Source: Candidatus Ozemobacteraceae bacterium (GTDB taxonomy: Bacteria; Muiribacteriota; Ozemobacteria; Ozemobacterales; Ozemobacteraceae). From it: a stretch of DNA of 64,000 bases. The translations under genes and the position numbers were made by a program. Numbering within the stretch: the first letter of the stretch is position 1; every line of letters begins with the position of its first letter. The notes beneath the pieces were generated by a model, which saw only the letters and a program-made list of their open reading frames with translations, made no database searches and was not told the origin of the DNA. This document shows positions 59,223 to 64,000 of this stretch, piece by piece. Where the stretch lies: NCBI GenBank assembly GCA_035373905.1, contig DAOSOK010000006.1, forward strand, positions 17,102-81,101, read 5' to 3'.

Positions 59223-61454
59223 TTACTTCAGAAGCTGGAGGATGTTCTGCGGGATCAGGTTGGCCTGGGCCATCATCGCCGTCCCGGACTGGGAGACGAT
59301 CTGGTTGCGTGTGAACTCGACCATTTCGAGCGCCATGTCGGCATCCCTGATGCGCGACTCGGCGGCGCTGAGGTTGGTCTTGGTGGTATTCAGATTGTTG
59401 ATCGAGTATTCCAGCCTGTTCTGGAAGGCGCCGAGTTTGGACCGCTCGGAAGACACCTTGTCGATCGCCTTGTTCAGCTTGGAAAGACTCTTCTGAGCGC
59501 CGGCGATGCTGGTCAGGTCGAGATTGTCCACCCCGAGGGCCTTCGCCGACATCTCCGAAATCGCGATCTTCATGTTCTGGCCTTCATCGGCGCCGATCTG
59601 GAACTGCGGCGTGTTGTCGACCACGTGCATCCGGAAGTTCTTGTCGCCGTAGCCGACCGCCGTGGCATCTTTGGAAAGGCCGAACTTCTTGTCGAAGCCC
59701 ATGGCGGTCGCGTCGAACGTGACGCGCACCTGGCTGAGGCTCGTGCCGCCGGAGACGAGGTTCTCTTTTCCCACGCGAAGCGAGGTGAAGGCGAGACCGC
59801 CGTTGACCGCGTCGATCCGGACCTGGACGCCCGCCGACCGAAGCAGTTCTTCCTGTTCCGACTTCCAGGTGTCGAACACCAGCATGTCGGGGCTGAGGAT
59901 CTGGTCGGTGACGGAAATGCCGATATACGTGCTGGACACAACGCCGTCGTTGACTTCGATGTACACCGTATACAGGGTCGATACGAGCTGCGAACTCAGA
60001 ACGTAGTGGCTGAAGCCGAACACGCCCTTGGTGGCATCCTTGGAGCCCTGGGCAAAACCGCTATAGGAACCGTTCAGAAGGCCAATCGTGTTCGCCGAGG
60101 CATTGACGATGTTGAACGACGAGTCGCGACCGGCAACGACGGGTTCATACATGATACGAATCTGGCCGTCGATGACCATCGCCGAGACGCCGCTGAACCG
60201 CACACCGGTGGTGCCGGCGGTGGTGGTGAGCTGGGCATTGATGCTGCGCGCCAGGCCTTCCATCGTCCAGGTGCCGGCCGCGATATTGATTCTCTTCCAG
60301 ACGCCGCCGGCAGAGATCGTGAACGTCTCACCCGTGATCCGAAGCCCGGTTTCGAGGCCTCCGATACCTGCAACCTGCGCCGCCTGCGAGTCAAACTGGA
60401 GATCGATTCCCTCGAGAAGGCCGGACGCCTTGTCTTCCGACGTGCGGACCTGCCGGATGTTTCCGAAAGCGTCACGCGAGGTGAGTTCCACGAGGTTGTT
60501 CTTCGACTGGCGAATCGTGGTCAGGCCGAGAGCCGACATCAGCGCCTGGTCGGCGGACAACGCCACGTCGCCGGCGTCGCCAATGGCGCCCGAGGTCATC
60601 TGGAGGTAGCCGCCGATGCCCGCAACGCCCGTCTGGGCGGTGTTCACAAGACCGACCTTCGAGTTCGCAATGCCGAGCCCCGAGGTGCCGATGAGCGCGT
60701 TCTGAATGGCGGCCGCAAGGCGGTCGAGCGACATCTGGCCGTCAACCGAGACGGAGGTCGTCTTTGAGTTGCCGCTGAGAGAGAGTTCCAGAGGGGAAGC
60801 CAGGACGAACACGCCGTTCGAGTCATAGAACTGGGCGATGCTCTGCAGCTGGGTCGAGCCTTTGGCAAGGGCTCCGGTGCCGTCGTTGAGGGTGAAAATC
60901 TGGGAGCGCTGCATCTGGCTGATGCCAGCCTGCATCAGGGTGATGCTGACGTCGAAATCGCCGCCGCCCTTGCCGACGCCGGTAACCATGCCGTCGACAT
61001 ACTGGGAACTCGAGCTGATCAGCGCCGTCTGGCTGCCGTCGAGCAGCTTCTTGGTGTTGAACTCGGTGTTGTTCGCGATGCGATTGATGTCATCGCGGAG
61101 CTGGTTGACTTCCTTCTGGATTTCCAGACGGTCATTGCTGGTGAGCGTGTCGTTGCTCGACTGGATGGCCAGTTCGCGCATGCGCTGCAGAATGCTCTGG
61201 GTTTCGCTCAACGCGCCTTCAGCGGCCTGAATCATCGAAACGCCGTCCTGGGCGTTCAGCACCGCACGGCTCAGGCCCCTGACCTGGCGGCGAAGCTTTT
61301 CACTGATGGCGAGCCCTGCGGCGTCGTCTGCAGCCCTGTTGATGCGAAGGCCGGAACTCAATTTCTCGATGGATTTTTCGAGCCGGCTGGATGTGGTTGA
61401 AAGCTGCGTGTGCGTTTTGAGCGACAGGATGTTCTGATTGATGCTGAGAGACAT
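59223..61454 (-). CDS. flaB: Flagellin (large, 743 aa) copy B
   Basis: About 90-95% identical to copy A over the N-terminal about 180 aa and C-terminal about 150 aa. Central roughly 400 aa strongly diverged. AAGGAGGA RBS. Confidence 0.95.
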   Translation of the reverse strand: MSLSINQNILSLKTHTQLSTTSSRLEKSIEKLSSGLRINRAADDAAGLAISEKLRRQVRGLSRAVLNAQDGVSMIQAAEGALSETQSILQRMRELAIQSSNDTLTSNDRLEIQKEVNQLRDDINRIANNTEFNTKKLLDGSQTALISSSSQYVDGMVTGVGKGGGDFDVSITLMQAGISQMQRSQIFTLNDGTGALAKGSTQLQSIAQFYDSNGVFVLASPLELSLSGNSKTTSVSVDGQMSLDRLAAAIQNALIGTSGLGIANSKVGLVNTAQTGVAGIGGYLQMTSGAIGDAGDVALSADQALMSALGLTTIRQSKNNLVELTSRDAFGNIRQVRTSEDKASGLLEGIDLQFDSQAAQVAGIGGLETGLRITGETFTISAGGVWKRINIAAGTWTMEGLARSINAQLTTTAGTTGVRFSGVSAMVIDGQIRIMYEPVVAGRDSSFNIVNASANTIGLLNGSYSGFAQGSKDATKGVFGFSHYVLSSQLVSTLYTVYIEVNDGVVSSTYIGISVTDQILSPDMLVFDTWKSEQEELLRSAGVQVRIDAVNGGLAFTSLRVGKENLVSGGTSLSQVRVTFDATAMGFDKKFGLSKDATAVGYGDKNFRMHVVDNTPQFQIGADEGQNMKIAISEMSAKALGVDNLDLTSIAGAQKSLSKLNKAIDKVSSERSKLGAFQNRLEYSINNLNTTKTNLSAAESRIRDADMALEMVEFTRNQIVSQSGTAMMAQANLIPQNILQLLK

Positions 61455-61775
61455 ATCGATTCCTCCTTGAATCGTTATCAGAGGCTTCCTTGCCTCAGAT
61501 TAAAAAATCAGTTGTTCCCACTTGCCCCCTTACTGGCCCCTTTTACCAACCCCCTTCCATGTCGAATTGATAGAATTTCCCGATTCTCTATTATGTTTAT
61601 CGTCCGAACAGGTCAGTTTCTTTTGCGCATTTTTAGCCGATATTCAACGAAGGCACACAGAAAAACATTTATTTTTTTCTTTTTTCACATCGTTTAGCCC
61701 ATTTTTCGATTATTTTCATTACCACAAAATAGTAGTTCTGAATATCTCATCGAGCCCCACGAGGCGAAAAACCCG

Positions 61776-61813
61776 GCTCTCCAGCGGAGAGACCGGGTTT
61801 TCGTCTGGGCAAG
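61776..61813. terminator. Bidirectional rho-independent terminator downstream of flagellin copy C
   Basis: AAAACCCGGCTCTCCAGCGGAGAGACCGGGTTTT: GC stem with flanking A4/T4. Confidence 0.5.
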
Positions 61814-61907
61814 CGTTCTGGTTACCGGAAGATGAGATCCCCGGTTCGAAGAGCGCGATCGCCTGAATGCGTGGTTTTCGAGGTGCGCTTTTTCATGGGG
61901 TGCCTCC

Positions 61908-64000
61908 TTATCTGAGCAGGTCGAGAACGCGCTGCGACGAGACGTTCGCCTGGGCGAGCATCGAGTTGCTGGCCTGCTGCAGGATCTGATACTTCGTGAG
62001 GTTGATGACTTCGCCCGCCATGTCGAGATCGCGAATCTGGGAGTCCGCGGCGGACATGTTCTCGAGGGCGACGCGAAGGCTGTTCGTCGTATAGAACATG
62101 CGGTTCTCGATCGCCCCCAGTCTCGAGCGCTCGGAGGAGATCTTCTGAAGCGCCTGGTCGACGAGGGTGATCGCGTTTTCGGACGAGGCGATCGTCGTCA
62201 GGTCGAGATCCATGATCCCGAGGGCCACCACATCCGTCCGACAGATATGGGCCTTCTCGGTTTCGCCCTGATTCGCGCCGATCTGGAAGCTGATCGACGT
62301 ATCCTTGACATGCACCTTGTAGGAGTAATCACCGATGCCGTTCGCATACGTCTGAGGCGTGATGCCCAGAACGCTCTGAAGGGTATTCATGGAGCCGGCC
62401 ACTCCGCCGAGATCCGAAAGCGTCACTTCCCCCTTTTTCCCGGGAACGGAAGAGAAAAGCCTGAGCGTCTGCGTGGCCGTTTCGACTTCGGCAGCAACCT
62501 GAACCCCGGCTACATTGGCCTGAGCATTGATCATTCGAGCCAGGTCACCGATCGCCAGGAACGAAGCTCCGGCCGTGCCTGCGGCAACGGAGATCGTCAT
62601 GCCGTTTCCGTCGAGATCGGCAACATAGAACCGCAAAGGATCGGCCGTGGCCGTCGCGGTTGATTCGGGGATGTTGAAGCCGTAGACAACGGTGCTGTCG
62701 TTGAATGCGAAACTCTGGACGGCCGCGCTGCCGTTGACTCCGGTATAGGTTCCGTAATTGATGAAGAGGCTCGTCGCGATGGTCCCGGTTGCCGTTGCAA
62801 TCGTGAATCCTGAATTGAAACCCGTCTCCAGAGATTTCATCCGAAGAACGCCATCGACGGCCTCGGCCCGGATCATGGTTCCGGCGAGCTGGTTGTTGAT
62901 GGTCTGCACGAGGGAAGCCAGACCGCCGCCGGTGAAGTTTGCCGTCAGCTTGACGGTATAGACTGCGGTGGAATGGAAATCCGTGACGGTGAACGCGACA
63001 CTTCCGATGCCGCCCGAGGCGGTAGAGGTGAAGTCGAGAAGCGGAGGATTGGTTCCCGTCGTCGAAGCTCCGGTTCCGCCGGTCCCGGAGTAGCGGCCAT
63101 CGGCGACTCCCAAGGCATTTCCGACAGGGGCGTTCGCGATATTGATATACGCGCCCGAACCTGTGTCGGTGGTATAGAATTCGAGGGCGGATGCATCATT
63201 CAGTCGGACACGGACGGTGGTCGCCGCGGTCGAGGTTGAAAGCGTCGTATCGACGATCGAGGCGATCTGCTCCATGCTGAAGGTTCCCGTCGTGATCGTG
63301 ACGGAAACGATGTTCGAAGCGCCCATGCCGGTCGAATCCTGCACCTGAAAGGTGAACCCGGAAGTGATCCTGATGGCGGGGACCGCAGCCTGGCTGGTCA
63401 CGTAGGCCTGGGTGGGCGGCGTGAACACCAGGTCGATTCCCTGGATGAGGCCCACGGCGCGACTGCCGGCGATCTTCGTGGTCGTGCTCGTGCGTTCGCC
63501 GACCGGCAGACCGAGGTTGGTGACGGCGATCGAGTAGACGGGGTCTTCCGGGGCGACGACCTCGCCAAAGCCGAGAGCGGAGATGAGGTTCTGCTCCCCG
63601 GTGAAGTTGATGCGGCCAACGAGGCCCTTCTTGCCGGAGGTGGCAAGCAGCTGGCCGTTCGTCTCGCCCTCGTCGCTGAAGACGACCGTGGAACCGGTGA
63701 AGTTCAGGCCGTTGCCGAGCTGATCCTTGGTGATGGCGGCCTGCATGCGCTCAGCCAACTGGTCCAGCGTGAGGTCTTTGCTGATGACGAAGGAGTTCAG
63801 GTGGTTGTCGCCCTGGACGTAGAGCGTCTGGGGGGTGTCGAGAATAAAATAGCCATCTCTATCGGTGAAATTGGTGATCGACTGGAGGGTCGTCGAGCCG
63901 GAAGCGATCTGACCGTCGGTCCGCATGAAGATGTTCGACCGCTGCTGTTGTGAGGTTCCGGACTTGGTGACCTGCCCCTTGCCGGGCACGTTCGTCGTCT
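61908..64000 (-). CDS. Flagellin copy C (partial; N-terminal region lies beyond the window end)
   Basis: Canonical C-terminus SERSRLGAIENRMFYTTNSLRVALENMSAADSQIRDLDMAGEVINLTKYQILQQASNSMLAQANVSSQRVLDLLR. ORF still open at 64000. Sequence diverged from copies A and B, with a Thr/Ser/Gly-rich core. Confidence 0.9.
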   Translation of the reverse strand, partial: TTNVPGKGQVTKSGTSQQQRSNIFMRTDGQIASGSTTLQSITNFTDRDGYFILDTPQTLYVQGDNHLNSFVISKDLTLDQLAERMQAAITKDQLGNGLNFTGSTVVFSDEGETNGQLLATSGKKGLVGRINFTGEQNLISALGFGEVVAPEDPVYSIAVTNLGLPVGERTSTTTKIAGSRAVGLIQGIDLVFTPPTQAYVTSQAAVPAIRITSGFTFQVQDSTGMGASNIVSVTITTGTFSMEQIASIVDTTLSTSTAATTVRVRLNDASALEFYTTDTGSGAYINIANAPVGNALGVADGRYSGTGGTGASTTGTNPPLLDFTSTASGGIGSVAFTVTDFHSTAVYTVKLTANFTGGGLASLVQTINNQLAGTMIRAEAVDGVLRMKSLETGFNSGFTIATATGTIATSLFINYGTYTGVNGSAAVQSFAFNDSTVVYGFNIPESTATATADPLRFYVADLDGNGMTISVAAGTAGASFLAIGDLARMINAQANVAGVQVAAEVETATQTLRLFSSVPGKKGEVTLSDLGGVAGSMNTLQSVLGITPQTYANGIGDYSYKVHVKDTSISFQIGANQGETEKAHICRTDVVALGIMDLDLTTIASSENAITLVDQALQKISSERSRLGAIENRMFYTTNSLRVALENMSAADSQIRDLDMAGEVINLTKYQILQQASNSMLAQANVSSQRVLDLLR

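Noticed and set aside
61636-61643. GCCGATAT (sigma-28 -10-like) on the plus strand in the flaB upstream region
   Set aside because: Wrong orientation for the minus-strand flagellin genes, and there is no TAAA at -35 spacing. Likely chance.

Overview
High-GC bacterial chromosomal segment, densely coding and mostly on the minus strand, with frequent ATGA stop/start overlaps between adjacent genes. No rRNA, tRNA, CRISPR array, transposase or integrase was found; all calls are from motif-level reading of the six-frame translations only. Contents, left to right:
(1) an NtrC-type sigma-54 two-component pair, with a PilX/GspK-like minor-pilin-like protein and a CsgG-like secretion protein beside it;
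(2) a translationally coupled beta-propeller plus GNAT pair;
(3) secreted and glycine-zipper proteins, with three copies of an about 70-100 bp hairpin repeat of the 'PFVLSLSKHER...LRQAQGER' type in intergenic gaps;
(4) a PLP-dependent MetY-like sulfhydrylase;
(5) a split MgtE-N/CBS sensor protein next to a non-canonical NRAMP-family transporter;
(6) a CHASE2-GAF-PP2C sensor phosphatase, a SAM methyltransferase and a class I-beta DAHP synthase;
(7) a histidine-utilisation block (hutH-hutU-ftcD-hutI) followed by an orphan BadF/BcrAD-type ATPase;
(8) a complete pseudaminic-acid pathway (pseB/C/F/G/I/H) plus a Maf flagellin-glycosyltransferase-like gene, preceded by ugd, a sugar nucleotidyltransferase and galE;
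(9) LptF/G permease, several secreted hypotheticals, DUF1287 and a Cys/His-rich secreted protein;
(10) a flagellar filament operon: three large flagellins of about 740 aa with conserved ends and divergent cores, flaG, an oversized fliD, an unknown protein, a second Maf paralog, fliS and a YjfB-like small protein. This operon ends in a radical-SAM/SPASM protein fused to a nucleotidyltransferase-like domain, then nadA and a pterin dehydratase.
Most notable are the doubled Maf / Pse / radical-SAM flagellin-modification system and the MgtE-sensor plus NRAMP pair.
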